Source: an uncultured virus (IMG/VR IMGVR_UViG_3300033753_000202) (lineage: Duplodnaviria > Heunggongvirae > Uroviricota > Caudoviricetes). From it: a DNA stretch of 64,000 nucleotides. The notes below the pieces were generated by a model. The model made no database searches. It saw only the letters and a program-made list of their open reading frames with translations, and had not been told where the DNA came from. This document shows positions 26,797-38,006 of this stretch, in pieces; within the stretch, counting starts at the first letter, position 1; every line of letters starts with the position of its first letter. Made by a program: the position numbers and the translations under genes. The stretch lies in the IMG/VR virus record IMGVR_UViG_3300033753_000202; one strand, given 5' to 3'.

Positions 26797-28995
26797 ATGC
26801 TGATACAAACTCGAAAGCTCTGTGTTTCTTTTATGTTGCTCTTGTTGGCACTCCCATTCTTCTTTGTGAAGGATGTTCACGCCGATACGATTTACACGGT
26901 GGATGCTAACGGAAATTTGGTGCTGTATGGTGCTTCGGGGTCTTCTGTCGACTTTGATTCTTTTCTTATGAATTTACAGAAAAACATTATTGACTCGGTA
27001 AAAGGATTGGATACAGGGACTCTGCATAATGGGATTACGGTCGTTGGGGGTCTGGATTACGAGTATCTCTCTGGGGGTTATGCGGGTTCTCTTTGGAGCA
27101 CCATCACTTCTTCAGATGTTGGTGGTTTTAAGGAGTCAACTGAAGGTCATTACGTCTACTTGCGTAATGGGTCGGACTTCTTGAAGGTCTATGTACCTCA
27201 AGGGAAAATTTATGTAGCAGATTATAAAAAAGTGGACGGGGTACTTGTCGCCAGTGGCGGACATTATGAATATGTAAACCAAAAGGAAATCGCCAGGGCG
27301 CAAGAGTTGTTTAAGCGCTATGCGGACGTGGTGAAGCAGTCTGTTGCGGTAGGGTCGATGGCGCATGCGTTTAACGTTTATACTTTCTATCCTTCTTCTC
27401 GTCAGGTTTATCTGAAGGACTTGATTGAGTTTCCTTCGGATGGGTCGGAGGGGAAGCTTAAGGCGAATTCCAGTATCAGTTATTCGTTGGACTACCTCAT
27501 GCATCCCTTCCGGGGGCGTATGAAGTTCTCGGAAGTGCAAGGGGTAACAAGTTGGGAGACGACTACAGGGCTTCCAACGCCGACGACTAATAAAGAACGC
27601 GTTACTTTTGCGGTCAATGAAAATTATCGGGATTTTATTATCAGTTCTGAGGGTCGTGAGTCGCTGTCGGAGATTCAAAGTACGGTTCTGGGGACGAATA
27701 GCGGTGGGATTAAAGAAGTGACGTCTCAGCGCAGTAAGACTAAGGTTTCTCCGCTCCATGCAGTGGATACTACGTTGCGGTTGGCAGTGCCGTTTAAGTT
27801 CTCTGAGTTTGCGGCGAATCGTGGAACCTACTTCTTGAAGGATACGACGGGGTATAAACTCTTTGACGGGGTGAGACTTCGCGTAACTACTAATGAGGTT
27901 TATACGGAAGATGAGAATGGGAACTTCAAAAGTGCCGGAGACTATGCGAAGTATAATATCGTTTTGGATAGTTTGGTTATCACGAAATTGGAAGTTGATG
28001 ATGACGGAAAGCCTTCGGAAGGAACCTCCAAGTTTATTGGTGCGGTTGTTCCGCTTCGGTATAAGGAGGCGGTTTTCGTTCCGAATGTCTCGTCGGGGGT
28101 AGCCACGAATTCCGAAGGTAACACGGTTCCCATTATTGATGGGGGTATGGACATTCCTTCTACGGGGAAGGTTTACTTTACGGGGCGTGAGTTGCATTTT
28201 CGGAATGACTATGCGACGAAGGCTACCTTGATTGGAACTAACCAAGATATTTTTGCGGTGTATTCGATTACGGGTTATTCTGACGCTCGTTTGTTGCACT
28301 ATGCTTTCCTTCCGGGCAAGTCGGATCACACTGACCCTAGTAACCATACGGATTTTAAGGATTTGCGTCCACCGTCTTTCGAGATCAGTGCGGGGTTCTA
28401 TGCTGACGAGACGGGGTATGGTGGTTTTGTTCTGTTTTATAACAATTACTATGTTGAAAATCAGGATTTGATGTCTTGGTTGCGGAGTGATCATGCCAAG
28501 TCTATGTCAGGGGTATACGCAGAAGAGTTGTTGAGTCATATCAAGGGGTTGTTTGAAGTTGAGGAAATTCCGCTCTCTTACGCAGAGTGGAATCGTTTGC
28601 AGGAAATTAGAGTGGAGCTGGAGGAAACAGAAACCTCTTTCTTAGGGAGGGTCATTTATGTGATCCTTTTGAGTTTTGGTATTCTGCTTTCTTTCTATGC
28701 ATCTTTGATTTTGATGGTGTACTGGATTGACCGAGCGAACTTTTTTGGGGATTTCCAGTTGCTTGGTTTCTTGACTTTCGGGAGACTGAATGTTTCTCCG
28801 GGTGAAATTCGTCCATTCCGTTTCCACTCCGAGTATCCGTCTGAAGGTGGTGTAACTTATGCAACCTTCGGTCGAATGGTGGTCATAAGTTTGTCGCTTT
28901 ACGCGCTTTCTGTTCTCTGTGCAAATGCGCCTTGGTTAATCAGTCTCTTTGTGGACATTTACTATACCTTCATGGAGTGGGTGGGGTTTGTATGA
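26797..28995 (+). CDS. Large exported protein with C-terminal TM helices
   Basis: Signal peptide (VHA), about 590-aa extracellular region, 2-3 C-terminal hydrophobic helices; ATGA overlap with the next gene. Confidence 0.8.
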   Translation: MLIQTRKLCVSFMLLLLALPFFFVKDVHADTIYTVDANGNLVLYGASGSSVDFDSFLMNLQKNIIDSVKGLDTGTLHNGITVVGGLDYEYLSGGYAGSLWSTITSSDVGGFKESTEGHYVYLRNGSDFLKVYVPQGKIYVADYKKVDGVLVASGGHYEYVNQKEIARAQELFKRYADVVKQSVAVGSMAHAFNVYTFYPSSRQVYLKDLIEFPSDGSEGKLKANSSISYSLDYLMHPFRGRMKFSEVQGVTSWETTTGLPTPTTNKERVTFAVNENYRDFIISSEGRESLSEIQSTVLGTNSGGIKEVTSQRSKTKVSPLHAVDTTLRLAVPFKFSEFAANRGTYFLKDTTGYKLFDGVRLRVTTNEVYTEDENGNFKSAGDYAKYNIVLDSLVITKLEVDDDGKPSEGTSKFIGAVVPLRYKEAVFVPNVSSGVATNSEGNTVPIIDGGMDIPSTGKVYFTGRELHFRNDYATKATLIGTNQDIFAVYSITGYSDARLLHYAFLPGKSDHTDPSNHTDFKDLRPPSFEISAGFYADETGYGGFVLFYNNYYVENQDLMSWLRSDHAKSMSGVYAEELLSHIKGLFEVEEIPLSYAEWNRLQEIRVELEETETSFLGRVIYVILLSFGILLSFYASLILMVYWIDRANFFGDFQLLGFLTFGRLNVSPGEIRPFRFHSEYPSEGGVTYATFGRMVVISLSLYALSVLCANAPWLISLFVDIYYTFMEWVGFV

Positions 28996-31900
28996 TATTT
29001 TTAAGACATAAGAAATTCGTGTCACTATTTCTCTTGTTTTCTCTTACGTTACCTTTGCTTTTTTCGCTTATTGTTCCAATTAGTAAGGTAACGGCGGCTG
29101 AAGTACCAGGGGGTAATAGTGCGAATCAAATGGCGACCTCCATGATCGGGTATTTCCGGGATAAGAACAATATCAACCCGAAGGGGTTGAAGCAAGCGGA
29201 AGCCCGTATCTGGGGTGTGTTCTTGTCGAACTTCTTTATTCCTTGGAGTACGACGCTGGAGTCTTTGAAGAATGACACTCAACAAGCTAAGGAACTTTCA
29301 GAAACGCTGAGTAAACGCTTTTTTGGGGACGACTTGGCACAGTCTTCGGTCTTTTTGGAATTGAACGGTTTGATCCATCAGGCGATTTATGATGAAGCGG
29401 TTAACGGTACCTTTGCGCTTTATCCGACGGCGGATGAAGCGAAAAATAAAGGTACGAAGCTTTCTGGTGAACTGCTCTTGAAGAAAATCGCCAGTGTGCA
29501 AATGCGTTCGGATGGTGCGAACAGCTCTGAAAAAGTAGATGGTTCGAATACGGTAGAGGCGTATGACCCTTACTTGTACCTCAACAAAAATGGTGTTGGG
29601 GTAAAGGTGATGAATCTCAATGACAAGGCAACGCGGGCGGCGTTGAAAGTCTTGTTTGGTTTGTCATCAGAAATGGTCATGTCGAAGGAAAAGGGTCTTC
29701 GCAAGATGGAATCGCTCCATCTTGACGGTTTTGGGAATATCTGGGGTAGACCAGAAGGGGAGCATGATTACAATAAACTTGTCCTTGTACTTCCGGCGGC
29801 ATTGAACCCGGTGACGTTTGGTGGGGACAAAAGTCTGGATAATAATTCGATGAAGTTCCCGGTTGCCAATACGTTTGTTATGGGTACGATCATGCATTTT
29901 AATGCTGGCGATCTTTCAAATAACCCAAATAAGTTTATTCCGTACTATAACGTGGCTTTCGACTCTCAGGTCAGCTTGAGCAACTCGGTTTCCCTTTATG
30001 GGGTATATTCGGTGTCTCCGAATATCGCTAATTCGGACAGGCTCTTTAAGGGGTATGGTTCTAGCCTTACGTTGGATGATATTAAGGACTTTGTTAACTC
30101 TGAGACTGGAGCCTTGAAGTCTGAGTCTAACGCAGTCGTGTTCCTCGATTATAACGTAAAGGAGAACTCCTATTTCTCTACTAAAGCGTTTGAGGAGTCG
30201 AATCTTTCTGGTTTTACGACTAATGCTCGGCAGTCTTTGTCGCAGTATTTCGCAGAAAGTTTGGCGTTCCGTCTCAATGAGTTGGCGGATGAGATGTATT
30301 ACTTCAATAACCCATATCAAAGCCTTAGTGGGGAGTTGGAGATCAGTGATGAGATGAGTTTGTTCTCTAAGCAACGTTTGTTCACTAAGGCGATCTTCGA
30401 TGAATCTTCGGGTGAGTATTTGGATTCTTTCGCTTTTTATAATGGTTCGCATGCCAGCTCTCCTTTAATGACGCTTTTGAGTCGTTTTTGGACTGAAGGC
30501 GGGTACACGCAGGAAGCACAAGATGGATTTCTGACTTCAAACTTCAAGGATCGGTACACGAGTTTGAAGGAAGATCCTGATTACTTTAATTCTGGAGCAC
30601 ATCGTCCTGATCCACCTCTTGTAAGGCAGGATATTAGGGATTTCTTTAATACTTTGACGTTCGATAGTCGTTTTAAGAGTTGGGAAACTACGCGCTCTAC
30701 GCCTTCACAGGTTTCTTACTCGTCTCTCTTGCAGTCGTTGGCGAAGTTTCTTTCGCAGGGCACGACTACGAAATTTATCGGTTCTTCCCTTTTACCGACA
30801 CCTCTTGGTGCGGAAAAAGTTGTGTTGAAGGATAATTTTAAGTTCCTGTTCGATATTCCGTGGACGGGGAAGAAAAGGGTGGTTTCGGCTTCCTTTACAA
30901 AGGAAGACAGCTTGCTTGGACAGTTGGTGACAGACGGTTCGTGGGTAGCGGTTCCTTCGAGTTCGGTTGCGTCACACCATTACTTTACGTCTCTTGGCTC
31001 CGAGTGGTATTTCTCCGGGGATTTGTATTCGCGTTATCAACAGTTGGAGAAAGGTGCGATGAACTACCCGCCCACACAAGAGTTGCGGAACCTTATCGCG
31101 CATTTCTTTATCTACGAGGTCTTCGGGGTACCGAACTCAATTCGTGGAGCGTTGCGAGGGGTAAATGCGGGTTCTGAGGTTCCTTCTTATCAAGGTAGCG
31201 ACTCGAAGTTTAAGCTCGAAAGTGCCATCTATAATGAAGTGAACTACTTCGTGGGGATTTATTGGGGGTACATGGTGGGTCTGCTCGGTGCGGGGAAGGA
31301 TAATATCGAGCAGGAGTTACTGTTCTCTAACCAGTATCTTCCGACTATTAACATCAATGTTTCCGGGGGTAGTGGTTTCCGTTTCTCCGATGCGTTCACT
31401 TCTGCTGGAGCGGTGGCATCGGATAAGATGACGGACGAAGTGTTGGCTCGGGACTTGCTTCGCAAAATGTACTCGTTGTTAAGCGATGGAGAAAGTCAAT
31501 ATCGTAACAATATCATTAAAGCGACGCAAGATAGCTGGATCATTTCGACGCATCATAGCATTGTCGGTTCTTGGGTCGGAAAGGACTTCTCGGTATCGGC
31601 AGGTGGCGGCAACTCTTACGGTTCAGTCGTGGGGTTCATTAACACGCCGAGTTTAACGGATTTGCCGTTGACGGCATGGCTTTTGAAGGATTATATGTTG
31701 GTCTACCTCTGCGTGTTGGTTGTGACGTTCATCTTGTGTATTTTGATGGTTGCGGTCAACGTGCGCTCCCTGCGGGAGGGGGTATTGACCTTCATTGTGA
31801 TGGCATTTCTACTCTTTTTACCGCAGTTCTTGCTTTCGGGGGTTATTAACCTTACGAACAGTGTGTCTGACCGTATTTTCTCGGATCGCTTTAATTACTG

Positions 31901-34499
31901 GGCGATTGTTCAGCATGAGCAAAGTGTTCGTGGTTTGAGTAAGGCGGCGGAGACAGGTGACCCGCTTGAGTTTAATATTGAAGTTGCGGCTCAACAAATG
32001 ACAAACACTTACGGTAGCACACCTAGCGTTACGCTGAAGTGGATGGCACCGAAACGCTATGACTACTTTAAGAAAATAAACGGAACTTCAACGGTCACTA
32101 AAAACATCACTTCTAACCTGAGTATCTTTCGCTGGATTTTTGCATCGTTCCTCACGCAAGATCAGTTTGTTTATAACGATCCTTTGGCAACTTATGTTTA
32201 TCGTTCTTATAATACGATAGCGCTTGAAGCAAAGAACATGGTCAAGGATATGCGTGACGAGAACGTGTCAAAGGCGGGGGTACTTGCGGAACTGGAGTCG
32301 AAAGTTAATGGTTTTGCGGGTTTGCCTGATGAACGTTTTGCTAAAATTTTGGGAAAGGTGAACTTTACTTTTTCCCCAGAAATTGAGCAACGGGTAGCTC
32401 GCGTGGCTCCGATTAACAAAGGTGATCCGCTTTGGAACACAAATGGTTCTCAAGCGGAGAAGGAAAAGGTAGAGATTTATCGCTATTGGTTCCTCAGCAG
32501 TCAGGATATCAATAATGCTATTTTTAACTCCAGCGTTGACACGGGGGTAGGTTTTTCTGGAAGCATCAATAACAGTCGTAACCGAGCCTTCGCATTGATT
32601 ACGGAAAGTCCTTTCTACTACTTCTACAGTGCTTTGGCAAACCGACAATTGGGGACGAATTTCCGTAACGACTTGTTGAATGAAAATATCTTCCGGGTTA
32701 AAGGTGAAACGGGTGAGCTGTATAATAATCAGCTTCGTGACTTCTTGGATTTGGAAGGTCTTTTCACGTATGTCATTCCGTACTTGCAACAGGGTAACGA
32801 TTATGTCTATCGTTATGTGAATAAGTATGGTAAGGACTACAAGGATATGTCAAACGTTATCGCTCCGACCATGCCAGATCCGAGTGACCCAGATTATGAA
32901 CGGAAGCTTAAGGAGTATCAAGAGTATGAAAGTCTGATGCAACACAATACAAATCTGGAGAAGGTTTGGTTCTTGTATAGTCCTTGGGTTGATCAGCTTT
33001 ATTCGACTTCTTTCTCGCATGGTAGTTATCGAGCCGCTGGTAAGTCTTATTATTTGGACGACACTATCAATCCATCGTACTATGAAATTAGCGGTAGACC
33101 GATGATCTTCTCCCCTGCGGATATGCATGCGAAGTATTTTAAGGAATCTGATCTTACGTTGGTGGAGCAAAAGATTCAAAACGTGTTGAAAGAGACCTAC
33201 CGTGATATGATGTATCTCATTAACTACTATGACTTTGACGATGATGTTTTGCTTACAGCGGCGGCGATGTCGGCAACTTTCAATTTTAATAAGGAGTTCT
33301 CGGAGATTCGTTTTCTTGGAGAAAGTTCCATTCAGTACCCACAGGGTTTTGAGTTGAAGAACTTCAACTATGATGCCTTTATGCGGTTGATCCTTATGAA
33401 TTCAACGGGCGAGCCGATGTTGTCTGATGAGGACTTGTATGTTCGGGTGGTCAAAAAGACCTCTTTCATCACTGGACTCCTTCTGTTGGCTTCGGATATT
33501 CTGAATGTCATCGTGGTTCCGGCGCTTAAGATGGTCTTGTTGTTCCTGCTCTTTATCATGATCTTCATCATGGTACTGAATGGTATGATTACCCCGCCAG
33601 ATAAGGTTCTTTCTCACGTGATGAAGAAAATCTTTGTGCCAGTTTTGAGCTTCATGGTAGCGACAGTGGTCTTCGCCATTATCGTCTCGATGATTATGGG
33701 CGAAGGTTTGACGGGGTACGTTGGTTCCCGCTTGCCGACGATTGGCATGACTGACCCGACTATCACGTTGCTCATTATGATCGTGGTTTCGCTCATTTAC
33801 ATCTTTGTCATGTTCATTCTGGCACTCAAGTTCTTCCGTACTATTCGGGATGAGGGTTCAGCGTTGCTTGGTTCTGTGGTGGGTATGGTGGCAGACGCCA
33901 GCGCTGGTTTACTGCAAAAGGTTACGGGTGGTGCTTTGCGTGGGTTTGGTCGAGTTTTTGGGTTTGGTCGTCCTTCGGTTCGGTATAAGGGGCGGTTGAA
34001 AGTTTCGCCTGAGAAGCCGAAGCGTCGTTTGATTCGTCGTACTGCTCGTTGGCTTACGGCGCGTTCTGTGGAGGATCAGGCTCGTAAAACGGATAATCAG
34101 GCGGATTCTGCACCATCTGCAGGTATGACGACGGAAGAAATTGATAAGTTGGCAAGTCAGTCTAACCAGCCAGAGATTTCGGCAGAGCCGACATCGGTAG
34201 AGGCATCACAACCTGCAGTCGAGCCGCAACCTCGTCAACCTGCTGTACCTCCGTTCGATGAACCAGCACGGGGTATGGATTTCAATGATCCATATATGAA
34301 GCAAATGAGGGTTACTCGTTCAAAGGCGGGCGATATTTCTATCAGCATGAAGTTGCGTTCCCCGGAAGAGTTCGAAAAGTATCTGAAGGAGAAGGAGCAA
34401 CGGAAGGCTGATGAAGCCGCTCGTCGAGAAGCGAATAAACAGGCGCAAGTCGCTTCTGGTAAGGTTAAGTCGAAGAAGCGTCGGAAGAAAAAGAAATAA
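28992..34499 (+). CDS. Giant (about 1835 aa) polytopic membrane protein, extended-VirB6-like candidate
   Basis: ATG overlaps previous stop; signal peptide; two large soluble domains separated by a TM pair; C-terminal multi-TM bundle; basic tail. The VirB6 analogy is from topology and context only. Confidence 0.75.
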   Translation: MIFLRHKKFVSLFLLFSLTLPLLFSLIVPISKVTAAEVPGGNSANQMATSMIGYFRDKNNINPKGLKQAEARIWGVFLSNFFIPWSTTLESLKNDTQQAKELSETLSKRFFGDDLAQSSVFLELNGLIHQAIYDEAVNGTFALYPTADEAKNKGTKLSGELLLKKIASVQMRSDGANSSEKVDGSNTVEAYDPYLYLNKNGVGVKVMNLNDKATRAALKVLFGLSSEMVMSKEKGLRKMESLHLDGFGNIWGRPEGEHDYNKLVLVLPAALNPVTFGGDKSLDNNSMKFPVANTFVMGTIMHFNAGDLSNNPNKFIPYYNVAFDSQVSLSNSVSLYGVYSVSPNIANSDRLFKGYGSSLTLDDIKDFVNSETGALKSESNAVVFLDYNVKENSYFSTKAFEESNLSGFTTNARQSLSQYFAESLAFRLNELADEMYYFNNPYQSLSGELEISDEMSLFSKQRLFTKAIFDESSGEYLDSFAFYNGSHASSPLMTLLSRFWTEGGYTQEAQDGFLTSNFKDRYTSLKEDPDYFNSGAHRPDPPLVRQDIRDFFNTLTFDSRFKSWETTRSTPSQVSYSSLLQSLAKFLSQGTTTKFIGSSLLPTPLGAEKVVLKDNFKFLFDIPWTGKKRVVSASFTKEDSLLGQLVTDGSWVAVPSSSVASHHYFTSLGSEWYFSGDLYSRYQQLEKGAMNYPPTQELRNLIAHFFIYEVFGVPNSIRGALRGVNAGSEVPSYQGSDSKFKLESAIYNEVNYFVGIYWGYMVGLLGAGKDNIEQELLFSNQYLPTININVSGGSGFRFSDAFTSAGAVASDKMTDEVLARDLLRKMYSLLSDGESQYRNNIIKATQDSWIISTHHSIVGSWVGKDFSVSAGGGNSYGSVVGFINTPSLTDLPLTAWLLKDYMLVYLCVLVVTFILCILMVAVNVRSLREGVLTFIVMAFLLFLPQFLLSGVINLTNSVSDRIFSDRFNYWAIVQHEQSVRGLSKAAETGDPLEFNIEVAAQQMTNTYGSTPSVTLKWMAPKRYDYFKKINGTSTVTKNITSNLSIFRWIFASFLTQDQFVYNDPLATYVYRSYNTIALEAKNMVKDMRDENVSKAGVLAELESKVNGFAGLPDERFAKILGKVNFTFSPEIEQRVARVAPINKGDPLWNTNGSQAEKEKVEIYRYWFLSSQDINNAIFNSSVDTGVGFSGSINNSRNRAFALITESPFYYFYSALANRQLGTNFRNDLLNENIFRVKGETGELYNNQLRDFLDLEGLFTYVIPYLQQGNDYVYRYVNKYGKDYKDMSNVIAPTMPDPSDPDYERKLKEYQEYESLMQHNTNLEKVWFLYSPWVDQLYSTSFSHGSYRAAGKSYYLDDTINPSYYEISGRPMIFSPADMHAKYFKESDLTLVEQKIQNVLKETYRDMMYLINYYDFDDDVLLTAAAMSATFNFNKEFSEIRFLGESSIQYPQGFELKNFNYDAFMRLILMNSTGEPMLSDEDLYVRVVKKTSFITGLLLLASDILNVIVVPALKMVLLFLLFIMIFIMVLNGMITPPDKVLSHVMKKIFVPVLSFMVATVVFAIIVSMIMGEGLTGYVGSRLPTIGMTDPTITLLIMIVVSLIYIFVMFILALKFFRTIRDEGSALLGSVVGMVADASAGLLQKVTGGALRGFGRVFGFGRPSVRYKGRLKVSPEKPKRRLIRRTARWLTARSVEDQARKTDNQADSAPSAGMTTEEIDKLASQSNQPEISAEPTSVEASQPAVEPQPRQPAVPPFDEPARGMDFNDPYMKQMRVTRSKAGDISISMKLRSPEEFEKYLKEKEQRKADEAARREANKQAQVASGKVKSKKRRKKKK

Positions 34500-34514
34500 G
34501 TTTGAACCCGTTAG

Positions 34515-34546
34515 TGGAGGGGTAGCTCTGTCTGCCCCTCCATTTC
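34515..34546 (+). terminator. Stem-loop / weak terminator
   Basis: TGGAGGGGTAG...CTGCCCCTCCA followed by TTTC. Confidence 0.55.
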
Positions 34547-34562
34547 TTAGAGGGGTGTTTGT

Positions 34563-36800
34563 ATGCTGAGTTTTCTTTTACTTATAAAGTCTCTTTTTAT
34601 TCGGGTCACTTCATTGTTTAAGAAGAATTCGAAGGGTCAGGTTGAGAAGGCAAAGCGCTCTTTTGGACAAGCCATCTTGGAAAGTGTGCTTGTAGTATTG
34701 GCGGCTTTCGAGATGATGCCAATTTTTCTGGTTTTAGCGCAAGTCTTCCTATTTGCTCTCCTTGCAGGGATACTTATAGTCGTAATTTTAGGTATTTATC
34801 TATCAATCGTTTCTTTTTTCTCCGTAACTCCTGATGTGGTACCTCCTGATTTGACGTTTCCTGTGGAGGAAGAGACGGTTGTCACTGGACACAATGGGAT
34901 CAAAGGTAATAAGCTCTCTTGGTCGGTAGAAGAGTTGAATGCAAACATGGCAAATCTTACCCCGTTGGAGCAGAACATCTATCGTTTGGGGATTCTTATC
35001 AACCAAGCGATTACGGGGTATGACACCAAAAAGCGTGTTCTTGATCTGCCAACTCCTAGCATTGATGTTGACATAGCTATGTTTTTGGGGAAGTTGAGTA
35101 CCGAGCAGTCTATGGTTATTTATCCTGAAAAGGATCTCCCAAATAAAAACGTTTTCCAACACCCGTATATGGCGACGGAAAGTAATGCTGGTTTTGTGAA
35201 CTTTGGTATTAGTAAGAATGATACGCCGCGAAACTACACGTCTGTTGCGGGTAAGGACGTTGTAGATGCCCTTTATCGGTTATATCCCTCACCTACGGGG
35301 TCGTATTCGTATCCTGCAAACTACTATCCTTGGGCGACTTTTATGTCGGTTGCGCACATCGCTGGGAAGGCTGACTATGCAAATAGTTTCCTTAAGAATA
35401 AGGGCGAATTGGGTGCGCATGAAGACCGTTTAATGAAGGTCATCGAGGCTTGGGGTATTAGTGAGAAACGCCGTATGGAGCTTTACACTATGCTTTACTA
35501 TTTCCTTCTTCAAGCCCATTATCATGGGGTATCTCAAACGGAGTACGAACATTATTTCAATTTTTGGTGCGCTCTTTACTATGTTTCTGGTGATTCGGAC
35601 GATACTCGCAGTCTCTATAATTGGGAACTTGTAGCTTTGACAAATAAGGATGAAGACGCCTTTCCTGCTGTACCGGAGTACAAGTTCCGTAAGATTTTTA
35701 TTGGTAGCGAGGGTATGAATGATCCGAAGTGGAAGCATCACACGGAGTTGAAGTTGGGTGATAATTCTATTAGAATGAAGCTTAATGGTAGGGTTTTGGA
35801 GGAGCCTGTTTGGAAGTTCATTATGTCAGAAGCAAATATGTCGACTTACCCTGAAAGTCGGCGTGTAGCGATGGAGGAGGCTTGGCAAGAGCTTAAGAAA
35901 ATGTCGGGCTACTCCGGTAACATGCAAACTCGCACTTTGAACTTCCATTATGGGTTTAACTCTTTCATTCAAGGAAAAGCTATTATTGAAATCCTTGAAA
36001 AGAAGGTCGTACCGCTCCGCTCCGAAATCGTTTACGGGGGTAAGAATCCCGAGGGTAACGCGACCTTTACGATTGGCGGGCAAACCTACACTACTCGTCG
36101 TTATTATGAAGAGGTAAAGAAATCGCAGTTGCCGGATGATGCAGTAACTATCATCAATAATTTGATTAACTACTTTGGTGTTTCTGCATATGAGCAAGGG
36201 GAGGATTCTAAAGCTGAGGCTTTGCGTGAAGCCTATCCTTTAGAATCTGACCCTTATCAAGTGCCTTTCCAACGTCAGAGTGCTGATATCGAGTTGTATG
36301 GTGGGCAACCTTGGAGTACTCGTCGGGATAAGAATGGCAGATGGACGTTCTCTCGTAATGGTTGTATGATCTATTCTGTTGCTTACGTCCTCACGGCAAA
36401 GACGCGGATCGGGATTAATCCCCCTGAAACGGCGGCGCTTATGTATATGACAAATTCGCTTAGCAGTGATGGGCTACAGCGTTCTGGGTTACCGACTCTT
36501 TTTGGGTTGTTCGGTTTGAAGGTGAAGGAAGTTTCGAATATTCGTGCAACGAGTACGTGGGATAAGATCGATGAAACTTTGCGGAATGGGGGTTTGGTTA
36601 TCGCTAAATTCTCCGATCCTCCAATCGCTTCAAGGGGTTCGGATCACTTTGTGGTTATTAATAAGTTAATCGAGGAAAATGGTACGAAGAAATATCGAAT
36701 GTATTCTTCGTCTGATGTATCGGATTCCCTTAAGTTGTGGGGTCGTGAGGAACTGCGGAAAGCGAGTTCAGCCGCAAACTATGTACTCTTAGTATATTGA
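34563..36800 (+). CDS. Membrane-anchored protein with C-terminal C39-like cysteine peptidase domain (candidate cell-wall hydrolase)
   Basis: N-terminal TMs; PFQRQ...NGCMIYSVAYVL...INPPETA...HFVVI pattern of papain-fold C39-like domains. Confidence 0.65.
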   Translation: MLSFLLLIKSLFIRVTSLFKKNSKGQVEKAKRSFGQAILESVLVVLAAFEMMPIFLVLAQVFLFALLAGILIVVILGIYLSIVSFFSVTPDVVPPDLTFPVEEETVVTGHNGIKGNKLSWSVEELNANMANLTPLEQNIYRLGILINQAITGYDTKKRVLDLPTPSIDVDIAMFLGKLSTEQSMVIYPEKDLPNKNVFQHPYMATESNAGFVNFGISKNDTPRNYTSVAGKDVVDALYRLYPSPTGSYSYPANYYPWATFMSVAHIAGKADYANSFLKNKGELGAHEDRLMKVIEAWGISEKRRMELYTMLYYFLLQAHYHGVSQTEYEHYFNFWCALYYVSGDSDDTRSLYNWELVALTNKDEDAFPAVPEYKFRKIFIGSEGMNDPKWKHHTELKLGDNSIRMKLNGRVLEEPVWKFIMSEANMSTYPESRRVAMEEAWQELKKMSGYSGNMQTRTLNFHYGFNSFIQGKAIIEILEKKVVPLRSEIVYGGKNPEGNATFTIGGQTYTTRRYYEEVKKSQLPDDAVTIINNLINYFGVSAYEQGEDSKAEALREAYPLESDPYQVPFQRQSADIELYGGQPWSTRRDKNGRWTFSRNGCMIYSVAYVLTAKTRIGINPPETAALMYMTNSLSSDGLQRSGLPTLFGLFGLKVKEVSNIRATSTWDKIDETLRNGGLVIAKFSDPPIASRGSDHFVVINKLIEENGTKKYRMYSSSDVSDSLKLWGREELRKASSAANYVLLVY

Positions 36801-36813
36801 GGAGGTATTTGAG

Positions 36814-37578
36814 ATGGAGCTGTTGTCTCGGAAGTATTTGCTGTGGGTGCTTATCATTAGTTTTCTCACGCTATTGGTAGCAGGGGTTACAATGGCAAAA
36901 CTGCTTGGGGATTTGGAAAAGCAAAAGGTTGATGCACTGCAGGAAAATGGTTTGCTTTTCGCTAAGTCTTTGGCGGCTTCTTTCTACGGTTGGTACGACC
37001 CTAATTTGCAGTTGACAGTGGATTCTTCTTTCTTTGATCCGGGTGTGTTTGTTGCTTATGAGCAACATTATCGGGACTTGGAATCGAAGGACGAGCAGGT
37101 TTTTAATATGACGCAGTGGTTGGAAAGCGAGAGTATGTCTGGTTCGGAAATTGAAGCGATGCCTGATTTGGATAGCATCCCTTCCGATGAAGAGGACACC
37201 GAGGTTCCAGATTCTGATATTGAGGATATCGACTTGAACAAAGAAACCTTCGGTATGTTCGATCCTCGTTTGTTTGATCAAAATGGGGATTGGGTAATTC
37301 GGGTTAATGATTTGCACTTTAATGACGAGGGTTGGGACGTTGTTGTGTATGATGGGTCTGAGTACGTTATCTCGAAATCCCTTGTTCCTATCACCTTCGA
37401 GATGATGAAAAATGACCTTGACTATCATTACAATTTTAAGGACTCCTTCTTACGGAGGGAGAATAAGTCCTCTGGTTTCTTTGATGCGACTTTCGCGTCG
37501 TCGGTGACGCAAAAACCCCTATTGGTCAGGTTGTATTTCGAGGGGTATAAGTTCACTCGTTTTGAGGTGCGACAATGA
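36814..37578 (+). CDS. Single-pass membrane protein
   Basis: RBS GAGGAGG; N-terminal TM; acidic insert. Confidence 0.75.
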   Translation: MELLSRKYLLWVLIISFLTLLVAGVTMAKLLGDLEKQKVDALQENGLLFAKSLAASFYGWYDPNLQLTVDSSFFDPGVFVAYEQHYRDLESKDEQVFNMTQWLESESMSGSEIEAMPDLDSIPSDEEDTEVPDSDIEDIDLNKETFGMFDPRLFDQNGDWVIRVNDLHFNDEGWDVVVYDGSEYVISKSLVPITFEMMKNDLDYHYNFKDSFLRRENKSSGFFDATFASSVTQKPLLVRLYFEGYKFTRFEVRQ

Positions 37579-38006
37579 AGTGGGTTCGTTTGGTGTTTGT
37601 TCTCCTGCTCTTGTGTGTATTGGTGGGGTGTGAAGGGGGTAATACCGCTGAGAATGAGAAAGTACAGTCTCTTTTGTCGGCTTATGCGGTGGCAGAAGCC
37701 CCTTCGAAGGAGTTTTATTTGGAGGTTATCCATTACTTAAACTCGAATACGTTCTCGGTGTCCAACTCCCCTTATGCGGGGTACGAGGACAATATTAGAG
37801 CATTCGTTGAGCATATCAACAAATATCAGTCACCAGACGTACCCTTCGATCCATATATTGAAAACTATTTGTTTCTTGATGACACTACGGGTGTAGTTGA
37901 ACAAATGATTCATTTTTACAACTCAAATGGTAAGTCGGCATCTATTTTCATTTGGTATAAGGAGGGTGAGATTGTTGACGTGGAGACGGTTATTCACGCT
38001 GTCTAG
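37575..38006 (+). CDS. Lipoprotein
   Basis: MKWVR + hydrophobic stretch + lipobox LVGC; ATGA overlap. Confidence 0.8.
   Translation: MKWVRLVFVLLLLCVLVGCEGGNTAENEKVQSLLSAYAVAEAPSKEFYLEVIHYLNSNTFSVSNSPYAGYEDNIRAFVEHINKYQSPDVPFDPYIENYLFLDDTTGVVEQMIHFYNSNGKSASIFIWYKEGEIVDVETVIHAV

Noticed and set aside
26797..36800. Large proteins as phage tail or tape-measure genes
   Set aside because: Signal peptides, multiple TM segments and neighbouring lipoproteins indicate cell-envelope proteins; no capsid, portal or terminase motifs seen.
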